This document shows, piece by piece, positions 25,575 through 32,000 of a stretch of 32,000 bases of DNA. Under the pieces are notes generated by a model. That model was not told where the DNA came from. It did no database searches and worked only from the letters and a program-made list of their open reading frames with translations. The translations under genes and the position numbers were made by a program. The DNA is from Candidatus Saccharimonadota bacterium (GTDB lineage Archaea; Micrarchaeota; Micrarchaeia; Micrarchaeales; Micrarchaeaceae): NCBI GenBank assembly GCA_963698035.1, contig OY969114.1, positions 30,001 through 62,000 on the forward strand. The letters are read 5' to 3'. Numbering within the stretch: the stretch's first letter is position 1; every line of letters begins with the position of its first letter.

Positions 25575-25886
25575 ATGGGAATGAGAAAAGAAAAGGAAAC
25601 GGTGGAAGTGGGGAAAATGAGAGGGGGAAGACGAATAGGGGGTAGAGTGTTGACTCGAAGGGTGCGGGACATAGCAGCAGCTGCACTGAAGGAGAGCGAC
25701 ATTGAAAGTGTCTTCAGCGAAGCCGGGCTTTGCGACTATGACGAGGCAGCCGGAACAGCACTCAAATCAATCCTGGCAGAAAAGACGACCGAATACATCC
25801 AGAGAGGGATGGCAGAGGCGAAGAGGAGGCGCATGAGATTCGGCGCAGGAGCATTGATAATAGCTGCCGAGAAGGACAGATGGTAA
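25575..25886 (+). CDS. small basic protein, candidate divergent histone-fold protein with an Arg/Gly-rich N-terminal tail
   Basis: 103 aa. The tail is MGMRKEKETVEVGKMRGGRRIGGRVLTRRVR. The C-terminal 61 aa are co-linear, without gaps, with the helix-loop-helix-loop-helix layout of archaeal histones (IESVFSEAG / DEAAGTALKSILAE... / ...ALIIAAEK). A strong TATA box lies upstream. Confidence 0.5.
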   Translation: MGMRKEKETVEVGKMRGGRRIGGRVLTRRVRDIAAAALKESDIESVFSEAGLCDYDEAAGTALKSILAEKTTEYIQRGMAEAKRRRMRFGAGALIIAAEKDRW

Positions 25887-25973
25887 ACACGCAGTAAACG
25901 CACAGCGGAGCTGGAAATAGCTATGATGCGGTGCATTTTTATCTAATTTCCACTATTCCCCGGAGTAGTCTAT

Positions 25974-25983
25974 TTTTATAAAT
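25974..25983 (+). promoter_or_regulatory. TATA box for tRNA-Gly
   Basis: TTTTTATAAA is centred about 27 nt upstream of the mature tRNA 5' end at 26005. Confidence 0.45.
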
Positions 25984-26004
25984 TCTTATCGTATATTTAA
26001 CCGT

Positions 26005-26078
26005 GCGATCGTAGTCTAACCTGGTTAGGACTTTGCCCCTCCAAGGCAAAGACCCGGGTTCAAATCCCGGCGATCGCA
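26005..26078 (+). tRNA. tRNA-Gly (anticodon UCC)
   Basis: Hand-folded cloverleaf of 74 nt. Acceptor GCGATCG/CGATCGC, D-stem GTCT/GGAC, anticodon stem TTGCC/GGCAA with loop CCTCCAA, T-arm CCGGG-TTCAAAT-CCCGG, discriminator A, then a T5 tract. CCA is not encoded. Confidence 0.85.
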
Positions 26079-26125
26079 CTTTTTCTTAAGCTCGTTGGAG
26101 CGTCCGAAGCCCCCTTTGCAGGTTG

Positions 26126-26620
26126 CTATGAGAAGTGGCGCAGGAGACTGCGCAATTTTTCCAAAGGCGCCCTAGGTCTTATCTCGGTTGCATGACCTAC
26201 TTTCTTTACCTCTTCGGCGAAAATGTCGCTAAGTCTGTCTAAAACAGTAGAGCGCGGATCCTCTCCAGCAAGTTTGTGCAGAGCCAATGTCGCAATGCTT
26301 ACAGCTCCCTCCTGCTTCTTTTCGAGTCTTGCGTGCAAACCTTTGAGGTCACAATTTTCTACCTTACCGCCCAATGTTAGCGTATGTCCATTTTGGTCGA
26401 GAGAAAGCTTGCTACCCTCTCCAGGACTTACCGTAATATTGAATTTGATCCAGCCGGAAAACTCCTCACTCATGCTGTTTCTTAAGAACTTTGTAACATT
26501 TTCTGAATTTATTCTGCCTGCAATTTCTAGCTGCGTGTCTCTTAGGGTTATTGTTGCATCGATAAGATCTTTTTCTTTCAAAGCGTATTGCGACACCGGT
26601 GCTGTTTTCGAACTCGACAT
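26126..26620 (-). CDS. hypothetical protein (164 aa), no family recognised
   Basis: Clean ORF with an ATG start, divergent from lemA. A beta-rich N-terminal half (ITLRDTQLEIAGRI...WIKFNITVSPGEGSKLSLDQNGHTLTLGGKV) precedes a helical C-terminal half. Confidence 0.5.
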   Translation of the reverse strand: MSSSKTAPVSQYALKEKDLIDATITLRDTQLEIAGRINSENVTKFLRNSMSEEFSGWIKFNITVSPGEGSKLSLDQNGHTLTLGGKVENCDLKGLHARLEKKQEGAVSIATLALHKLAGEDPRSTVLDRLSDIFAEEVKKVGHATEIRPRAPLEKLRSLLRHFS

Positions 26621-26676
26621 AGGTAAAACTCTATTATAGGTAATATTTATGTTTTTCTGTATAGGCTACAGACGAG

Positions 26677-27384
26677 GTGGGCGTAGACCCAAAAGTAAGT
26701 GTTTTTAACCTTTGGGCGCATAGCTATGGGGGTAATAGAGTGTTTTTTCTTCTAAGTGTTGTCATAGACATAGCAATTGGAATTCTGGCTATTTTGATTA
26801 TAATAGCGCTTGTAATCATCGCCATATATAATGGTTTCGTATCAAAGCGAAACCGCGTTCAGGACGCTTGGGCACAGATAGACGTGCAATTGAAGAGGAG
26901 GTATGACCTGATACCAAACCTTGTGAATACAGTGCAGGGCTACATGAAATACGAGAGAAGCGTTCTTACACAGATAACAAGCCTCAGAAGCGCTATAGTC
27001 TCGGGCTCCGTGCAGGACAAGGCGCAGGCCAATAACCAGATAAGCCAGGCGCTCAAAACGATCTTTGCGGTAGCCGAGAACTACCCGCAGCTTAAGGCGT
27101 CAGACACCTACAAGGAGCTGCAGGACCAGCTTGCAAACACAGAAGACAGGATATCGTTCGTGAGAACCTCTTATAACGACTACGTACTTGACTTCAACAA
27201 CGCCATACAGGAGTTTCCAGGCAATGTGTTCGCGAATATGTTCGGCTTCAAAAGACAGGACTTCTTCCAGGCTCCTGGCGAGGAAAGGCAGGCCATTAAG
27301 GTGGACCTGACAAGCGATGCAGCGCAGGGCAAGACGAAGCCGGATGCAGCACCACCTTCTCAGAAGAATACTCAGAAGAAATAG
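26677..27384 (+). CDS. lemA: LemA family membrane protein
   Basis: N-terminal TM helix, then YNGFVSKRNRVQDAWAQIDVQLKRRYDLIPNLVNTV...AENYPQLKASDTYKELQDQL...RTSYNDYVLDFNNAIQEFPGNVFA. The start is uncertain: GTG 26677 per the ORF track, or GTG 26740 giving MFFLLSVV... Confidence 0.85.
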   Translation: MGVDPKVSVFNLWAHSYGGNRVFFLLSVVIDIAIGILAILIIIALVIIAIYNGFVSKRNRVQDAWAQIDVQLKRRYDLIPNLVNTVQGYMKYERSVLTQITSLRSAIVSGSVQDKAQANNQISQALKTIFAVAENYPQLKASDTYKELQDQLANTEDRISFVRTSYNDYVLDFNNAIQEFPGNVFANMFGFKRQDFFQAPGEERQAIKVDLTSDAAQGKTKPDAAPPSQKNTQKK

Positions 27385-27399
27385 CATAGGCGAGAACGG

Positions 27400-28293
27400 A
27401 TGGCAAGCTACTTTGACGAGGTATCGAGGAATAATCTAAAGTCGGTGCTGCTCTTCCTTGTCTTTGGCGCATTTTTTGCCTTTGTAATCTACATATTCAT
27501 CTGGCTCCTTGGCGGCGGCCTTATCGCGCTTGCAATTGGCGTCATTATAATAGCGCTCTATGCGGTGTTCGTTTACTTCAAGGGGGACAAGGTGATACTT
27601 GCGGCCTCTAAGGCCAAGGAGGCAGACCGCAACCAGTACAAAACCCTGTACGACATAGTTGAAGGCCTTGCAGTGGCAAACCAGATACCACCACCAAAGG
27701 TTTACATCATGGACGACCCAAATCCAAATGCATTTGCGACTGGCAAGAACCGCAAGGCGTCATCGATTGTTGTCACGATAGGGCTGCTAAATATTATGGA
27801 TAAGAACGAGCTGCAGGGCGTGCTGGCGCACGAAACATCTCATATAATTGAGAATGATGTGCAGGTCATGATGATAGCAATCGTCTTTGCCGGCGCTATA
27901 GGACTGGTGGCAGCCATCTTAAGGGGCATGTTCTTGTTTGGCGGTTTGGGTGGACGCGGCAGGAACGGCCTGCTACTGATTATAGGGCTTGTGGCAGCGT
28001 GCCTGGCACCGCTGTTCGCGGTCCTGATAAGACTGGCGATATCAAGAAGGAGGGAGTACATGGCGGACGCAAACGGAGCAAGGATAATAAGGAACCCGGC
28101 GGCACTTGCCAGCGCGCTCGCGAAGATAAAGGAGTATACAAAGAATCCGAAGGCGACCCCGGTAAGAAGCGCAAATGAGATAACAGCAAATCTCTACTTT
28201 TCAAATCCGCTCAATTCAGAGAGCATGCTCAGCATATTCTCTACGCATCCGCCAATAGATGAAAGAATAAAGAGACTAAAGGCGATGTACTAG
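27400..28293 (+). CDS. htpX: HtpX-type M48 zinc metalloprotease
   Basis: Two N-terminal TM helices, NAFATG, the HExxH motif in LAHETSHIIENDV, two further TM helices, and EYMADANGA...STHPPIDERI. Confidence 0.9.
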   Translation: MASYFDEVSRNNLKSVLLFLVFGAFFAFVIYIFIWLLGGGLIALAIGVIIIALYAVFVYFKGDKVILAASKAKEADRNQYKTLYDIVEGLAVANQIPPPKVYIMDDPNPNAFATGKNRKASSIVVTIGLLNIMDKNELQGVLAHETSHIIENDVQVMMIAIVFAGAIGLVAAILRGMFLFGGLGGRGRNGLLLIIGLVAACLAPLFAVLIRLAISRRREYMADANGARIIRNPAALASALAKIKEYTKNPKATPVRSANEITANLYFSNPLNSESMLSIFSTHPPIDERIKRLKAMY

Positions 28294-28309
28294 GTTGCGG
28301 TGATGATAA

Positions 28310-28960
28310 TTATACAGGCAGATTCTCCAAATCTGCCTCTTTGTTTTTTATAAGTCCACGCAGGCTTTCATCCTCAGCAAGCATCTTTGGTACCTCATCA
28401 AGCGTCTTGATCGGGAATACGGTCTTGTATCTTAATGCACGTTCTCTTACGTCGGGATCCAGCACCTTTTCATCCAACCAGAGATATGCCCTCCCGGCTT
28501 CGCCATAGTGCACCGCGGTGCGCGCAGAATCATCTACCAAGGCGAGTACCCATGGTATTACCTTTTGAGCCCTGCTGGTTACGTGTTCGAAATGATCGTA
28601 TGGTATACCAACATTGTGCAGCACCAGTTGCATGTTGCCTATGTTCCCATGCGTTCCTGTAACTATAGCATTCTGGAAGCCAAGCGCGCTAACCTCATTG
28701 AATATTCTTGGTATCCTCGGATTTGCTAATCTGGGCGGATTATCTGGATTTTCCCAGGAAATACGTAACACTATCCCTACCTGTTCTTTTGAGAGCGTGG
28801 GGAAGGCCTTATCTATGCCCTCTCTTCTCAATATATCTGGATCGGCGTGCACCCCATAGAGCCTGAATGCCTCTTGATTCATTCTTTCCCCGCTCCTAAA
28901 TAGCGTATCATCCACGTCCCATCCGATAACTCTCCTTAGTTTAAGAGGAGTACTTTGCAT
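28310..28960 (-). CDS. HAD-superfamily hydrolase, 5'(3')-deoxyribonucleotidase-like
   Basis: Motif I DxDxT in IGWDVDDTL, motif II IVTGT and a late acidic motif ALVDDS. ATG 28960, with TATATATTTGG about 35 nt upstream, is preferred over the TTG at 28993. Confidence 0.55.
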   Translation of the reverse strand: MQSTPLKLRRVIGWDVDDTLFRSGERMNQEAFRLYGVHADPDILRREGIDKAFPTLSKEQVGIVLRISWENPDNPPRLANPRIPRIFNEVSALGFQNAIVTGTHGNIGNMQLVLHNVGIPYDHFEHVTSRAQKVIPWVLALVDDSARTAVHYGEAGRAYLWLDEKVLDPDVRERALRYKTVFPIKTLDEVPKMLAEDESLRGLIKNKEADLENLPV

Positions 28961-29101
28961 AGACACACACTTATGACAATAATATTTTGCCAAATATATA
29001 TTTGTTCCATATTCGATACCTTTTTATTATTTCCATTCTCAACTACTATGTAGAGCAGGAAAGCTCAACTCTCTTGTTTTGCTTGCTCATAGGTGAATTA
29101 T

Positions 29102-29509
29102 TTGAAGATAGTCTACTCAGACCCAAAACTCGGAAGGAGCGCGCAGGTGGACCTTCCGAAGGAGAAGGTATCGATGGTGCTCAACTACAAGATAGGTGAC
29201 ATCATAGACGGCAGCATAATAGGGCTCACTGGATACAAGCTCAAGATAACCGGCGGCAGCGACAACAGCGGCTTCCCACTTGACAGGAGCATACAGGGCA
29301 CGATAAAGACGCACACCTTCAAGAAGGCGAAGCGCTCGGGCAGGTCTGCCGGGATATTCCGGAGGCAGACCGTCAGGGGGAACGTTGTGAGCACCGATGT
29401 CGAGCTGCTCAACACCGTGATAGTCGAATACGGTGAGAAGAGCCCGGCAGAGCTATTCCCGCCAATCGAGAAGAAGCCAAAGGAAGTGAAGGTGGAGGAG
29501 AAGAAGTAG
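29102..29509 (+). CDS. rps6e: 30S ribosomal protein S6e
   Basis: KIVYSDPKLGRSAQ...GYKLKITGGSDNSGFPLDRSIQG...RRQTVRGNVVS. TTG 29102 is preceded by AGGTGA (29091-29096). The ORF-track start GTG 29093 lies inside that SD and is the alternative. Confidence 0.9.
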   Translation: MKIVYSDPKLGRSAQVDLPKEKVSMVLNYKIGDIIDGSIIGLTGYKLKITGGSDNSGFPLDRSIQGTIKTHTFKKAKRSGRSAGIFRRQTVRGNVVSTDVELLNTVIVEYGEKSPAELFPPIEKKPKEVKVEEKK

Positions 29510-29519
29510 GGGGTTGTAA

Positions 29520-30740
29520 TTGGAGACGATACTGCAGAGCACAATCAACATCGGCACGCTGGGTCACATAGACCACGGTAAGACCTCGCTCACCAAGGCG
29601 ATAACCCATGTGTGGACCGACACGCACAGCGAGAGTCTGAAGAGGAATATGACGATAAAGCTGGGCTACGCCGATGCGATAATAAGGCGGTGCCCAAAGT
29701 GCGAGGGTGCGTCAGCATACACGACCGAAGAGAAATGCAAGAACTGCGGCTCCGAGACCAAGCTCCTGATGAGGATATCGATGCTCGATGCGCCCGGCCA
29801 CGAGACCCTCATGGCCACAGCGATCGCGGGCGCGAGCGTGATAGACGCGATACTCTTCGTTATTGCGGCAAACGAGCCGTGCCCGATGCAGCAGACAAAG
29901 GAGCACCTGATGATAATAAACCTTCTTGATATCAAGAACGTCATAATAATACAGAGCAAGGTTGACATAGTGGGCAAGGAGGCGGCGATAAAGCACTACC
30001 GCCAGATCAAGGAGTTCGTCAAGGGCAGCATGATAGAGAACGCGCCGGTCCTTCCGGTGATGACCAACCAGGGCAGCAACATAGACGTGCTGCTTGAGAT
30101 GATAACGAACATGCCGAAACCGGAGAGGGACCTCACCTCCAATCCGGTGATGTACGTGGTGAGGTCGTTCGACGTGAACAGACCGGGCAGCGACGTAAAG
30201 AGGCTTTCCGGTGGCATAATCGGGGGCTCTGTAGAGCGAGGGAGATTTAAGGTAGGCGACATGATAGAGCTCAGGCCGGGGGCCAACTTCGCAGAGCCTG
30301 GATCGAAGAAGAATTCTTACAAGAACCTCATAACAGTAATAAAGGGCATAAGCAACGGCGCGGACCAGATGCAGGAGGCGACGCCGGGAGGCCTGGTAGG
30401 GCTGTCTACCGAGCTAGACCCTGCCTTCACAAAGGCGGACAACCTAGTTGGTAACCTAGTAGGCCACGTGGGCAAGCTTCCCGAGGCGACAGGCAGCCTT
30501 AACATGAAATATCATGCAATCGAGAGGAGCGACGTGCCGAGCCAGAAGATAAAGGAGAATGAGTCCCTTCTCATGGGAATAGGCACGGCAACCGTCATAG
30601 GATACGCGAAGAAGGTGAAAAAGGACAACATCGAGGTTGAGCTGAGGACCCCGATTTGCGCTGAGAAGAGCACAAAGATAGCCGTTCTGCGCAATATCTC
30701 GCAGAGATGGAGACTCACCGGCTACGGCGTGCTGGGCTGA
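29520..30740 (+). CDS. eif2g: translation initiation factor aIF2 gamma subunit
   Basis: G1 GHIDHGKT, G3 DAPGHE, zinc knuckle CPKCEG...CKNCGS, and domains II and III. TTG start. Follows rps6e, as is common in archaea. Confidence 0.92.
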   Translation: METILQSTINIGTLGHIDHGKTSLTKAITHVWTDTHSESLKRNMTIKLGYADAIIRRCPKCEGASAYTTEEKCKNCGSETKLLMRISMLDAPGHETLMATAIAGASVIDAILFVIAANEPCPMQQTKEHLMIINLLDIKNVIIIQSKVDIVGKEAAIKHYRQIKEFVKGSMIENAPVLPVMTNQGSNIDVLLEMITNMPKPERDLTSNPVMYVVRSFDVNRPGSDVKRLSGGIIGGSVERGRFKVGDMIELRPGANFAEPGSKKNSYKNLITVIKGISNGADQMQEATPGGLVGLSTELDPAFTKADNLVGNLVGHVGKLPEATGSLNMKYHAIERSDVPSQKIKENESLLMGIGTATVIGYAKKVKKDNIEVELRTPICAEKSTKIAVLRNISQRWRLTGYGVLG

Positions 30741-31740
30741 TCCTTGCGTAGTTCTTTGCTATAGATCTCTCCAGCTCTGTACAGATCCTCTCCCTGTCGG
30801 CCTGCCTTGACATTACATATTTCTTGGGATCCAATGTGGCAGCGGCGGCCATTGGGTGGCCTCCGCCCCCGAATGCGAATGCGACTGGAGAGCAATCAAG
30901 CCCGGTCACGCATCTGAAGTGGACGCGAGGGCTGCCCTTCAATGTGTTTATGTAGATTGCTATCTTGGGCCTGAAGCGCTTCATCATCCTTTCGCATGCG
31001 GTAGTTGCGTGCAGCTCCTCTGCGAAGCCGATGCAGACGCGCAACCCATTTACATCGATAATCCTGGCAGAGCCGATCAGCAGTGCAGTTTGCTTATCTG
31101 CATGCTTTTTGTACTTCCTGTATGCCTGGTCGACTAACCGGCTCTGGAAGTTGCCATTCGCAAGCTGCGCGATTATCTTCCTCAGATTGTTGTCGGCAAA
31201 GTCCAGGTTGCGCCAGTTGAAGTAGCGTATCGCCCACGTATGCCTGTAGAGCCTCGCCAGGGTTCTCCTATCTCTCGTCTGTATGTTGAAATCTGAGAGG
31301 TGCGCGAAATTTGCGAGCCTCTCCTTGAAAGCCGAGTCGACCCCATCATTGTAGAGTTCACGGAGCACGAGCTCTGCGGCGCAGTAGTGCCTGCTCTCGC
31401 GTATCAGCATCAGGTCGCAGTATTTTGATATTTTGGTTACCCAGTCGTCGGGCCATACATGATGGTCTATCCAGACTATGCGGTTGCGCGTCTGCACAAG
31501 GTATTCGAGGACGCCCTCCCAATCCTTGAGCACCTCCCTGTTTATCCCGACATCGGTTATCACAAACAGCCCGTTCTGGGGGTGCAGCCTCTTGATCTGC
31601 TTCTGGAGCTGGGGCATCCTCCTCTTCTCATACCCATAGAAGACGATATTGGATACAGGAACCTTCCAATATCGCACCAAGAAGGCGGCGCACGCCATCC
31701 CATCAATGTCGGCAGCGTGTGTTATGTTGTATAGCTTCAT
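30715..31740 (-). CDS. DHH/DHHA1 family phosphoesterase (NrnA/RecJ-like)
   Basis: Motif I HAADIDGMACAA, motif II FVITDVG, motif III WIDHH, and the DHHA1 GGGH motif in FAFGGGGHPMAAAA. Confidence 0.8.
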   Translation of the reverse strand: MKLYNITHAADIDGMACAAFLVRYWKVPVSNIVFYGYEKRRMPQLQKQIKRLHPQNGLFVITDVGINREVLKDWEGVLEYLVQTRNRIVWIDHHVWPDDWVTKISKYCDLMLIRESRHYCAAELVLRELYNDGVDSAFKERLANFAHLSDFNIQTRDRRTLARLYRHTWAIRYFNWRNLDFADNNLRKIIAQLANGNFQSRLVDQAYRKYKKHADKQTALLIGSARIIDVNGLRVCIGFAEELHATTACERMMKRFRPKIAIYINTLKGSPRVHFRCVTGLDCSPVAFAFGGGGHPMAAAATLDPKKYVMSRQADRERICTELERSIAKNYARISPARRSR

Positions 31741-31758
31741 AAGGCGAACCTCGTGCCG

Positions 31759-32000
31759 CTACTTCCTTATCGTTATCTGGATCGAGCTTACCTTCGATTT
31801 GGTGCCGTCCTCGTTGGCCACCTCCTCTGTGTTGAGCGTGATCGTATCGCTGCTCGGATCCTTCATTGCGGGGAGGAACCTGTGCCTTGTTATCTCCACC
31901 ACATCAACCGCCTTCGATATCGAGTTGCCCCTCGCTTTGACCGCGACGCGCGGCGCGCCCCCGTTTATCTGAGTGACGACCGCGAGGACGTAGTTCATCG
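31759..32000 (-). CDS. albA: Alba DNA/RNA-binding protein (5' end outside window)
   Basis: MNYVLAVVTQINGGAPRVAVKARGNSISKAVDVVEITRHRF...VSSIQITIRK matches the Alba core. The ORF runs off the right edge. Confidence 0.85.
   Translation of the reverse strand, partial: MNYVLAVVTQINGGAPRVAVKARGNSISKAVDVVEITRHRFLPAMKDPSSDTITLNTEEVANEDGTKSKVSSIQITIRK

Noticed and set aside
1-32000. Searched for defence or mobile systems: CRISPR-cas, restriction-modification, toxin-antitoxin pairs, transposases, integrases and inteins in the large proteins.
   Set aside because: I recognised no such signatures. The large proteins (IleRS, aCPSF1, GatE, DnaK) have typical lengths with no intein-like insertions. The only nuclease-superfamily candidate is the HKD protein, which is reported separately.

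Overview
Gene-dense archaeal chromosomal segment. Archaea-specific markers are TFB, aCPSF1, GatD/GatE, aIF2-gamma, ribosomal protein S6e, Alba, 20S proteasome beta and a class III signal-peptide protein. Codon usage is rich in ATA, AGG and AGA. Both Shine-Dalgarno-led (AGGTGA-type) and apparently leaderless starts occur, and several gene ends overlap. The lineage cannot be fixed from this window; a DPANN/Micrarchaeota- or Thermoplasmata-like flavour is only an impression. Left to right: grpE, a small membrane ORF, dnaK (frame-broken) and dnaJ; aCPSF1; proteasome beta; a TRAM protein; TFB; a PRC-barrel protein; tRNA-Glu; a compositionally distinct accessory patch with two orphan membrane proteins and a large pilin-type surface protein carrying perfect tandem repeats; two divergently transcribed trans-prenyltransferases; an Nre repair protein; an M24 peptidase; the MtaB-like/gatD/gatE operon; a 4xCxxC zinc protein; IleRS; a PLD/HKD protein; a small basic protein; tRNA-Gly; an orphan; lemA-htpX; a HAD hydrolase; S6e; aIF2-gamma; a DHH phosphoesterase; Alba. 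I found no CRISPR array, transposase, integrase, rRNA or recognisable defence island, so most of the window is housekeeping. The items most worth a second look are listed here. (1) A small basic ORF whose C-terminal 61 residues align without gaps to the archaeal histone fold, behind an Arg/Gly-rich N-terminal tail. (2) A TFB with an N-terminal extension carrying a textbook AT-hook (KRGRGRPRS). (3) An IleRS in which both class I signature motifs are degenerate (AVHH for HIGH, EMHRN for KMSKS). (4) A single-HKD PLD-family protein split by a two-helix membrane hairpin. (5) A surface protein with a tandemly duplicated prepilin N-terminus. (6) A 1-nt frame break in dnaK. All functional calls come from by-eye motif recognition and no database search was possible.
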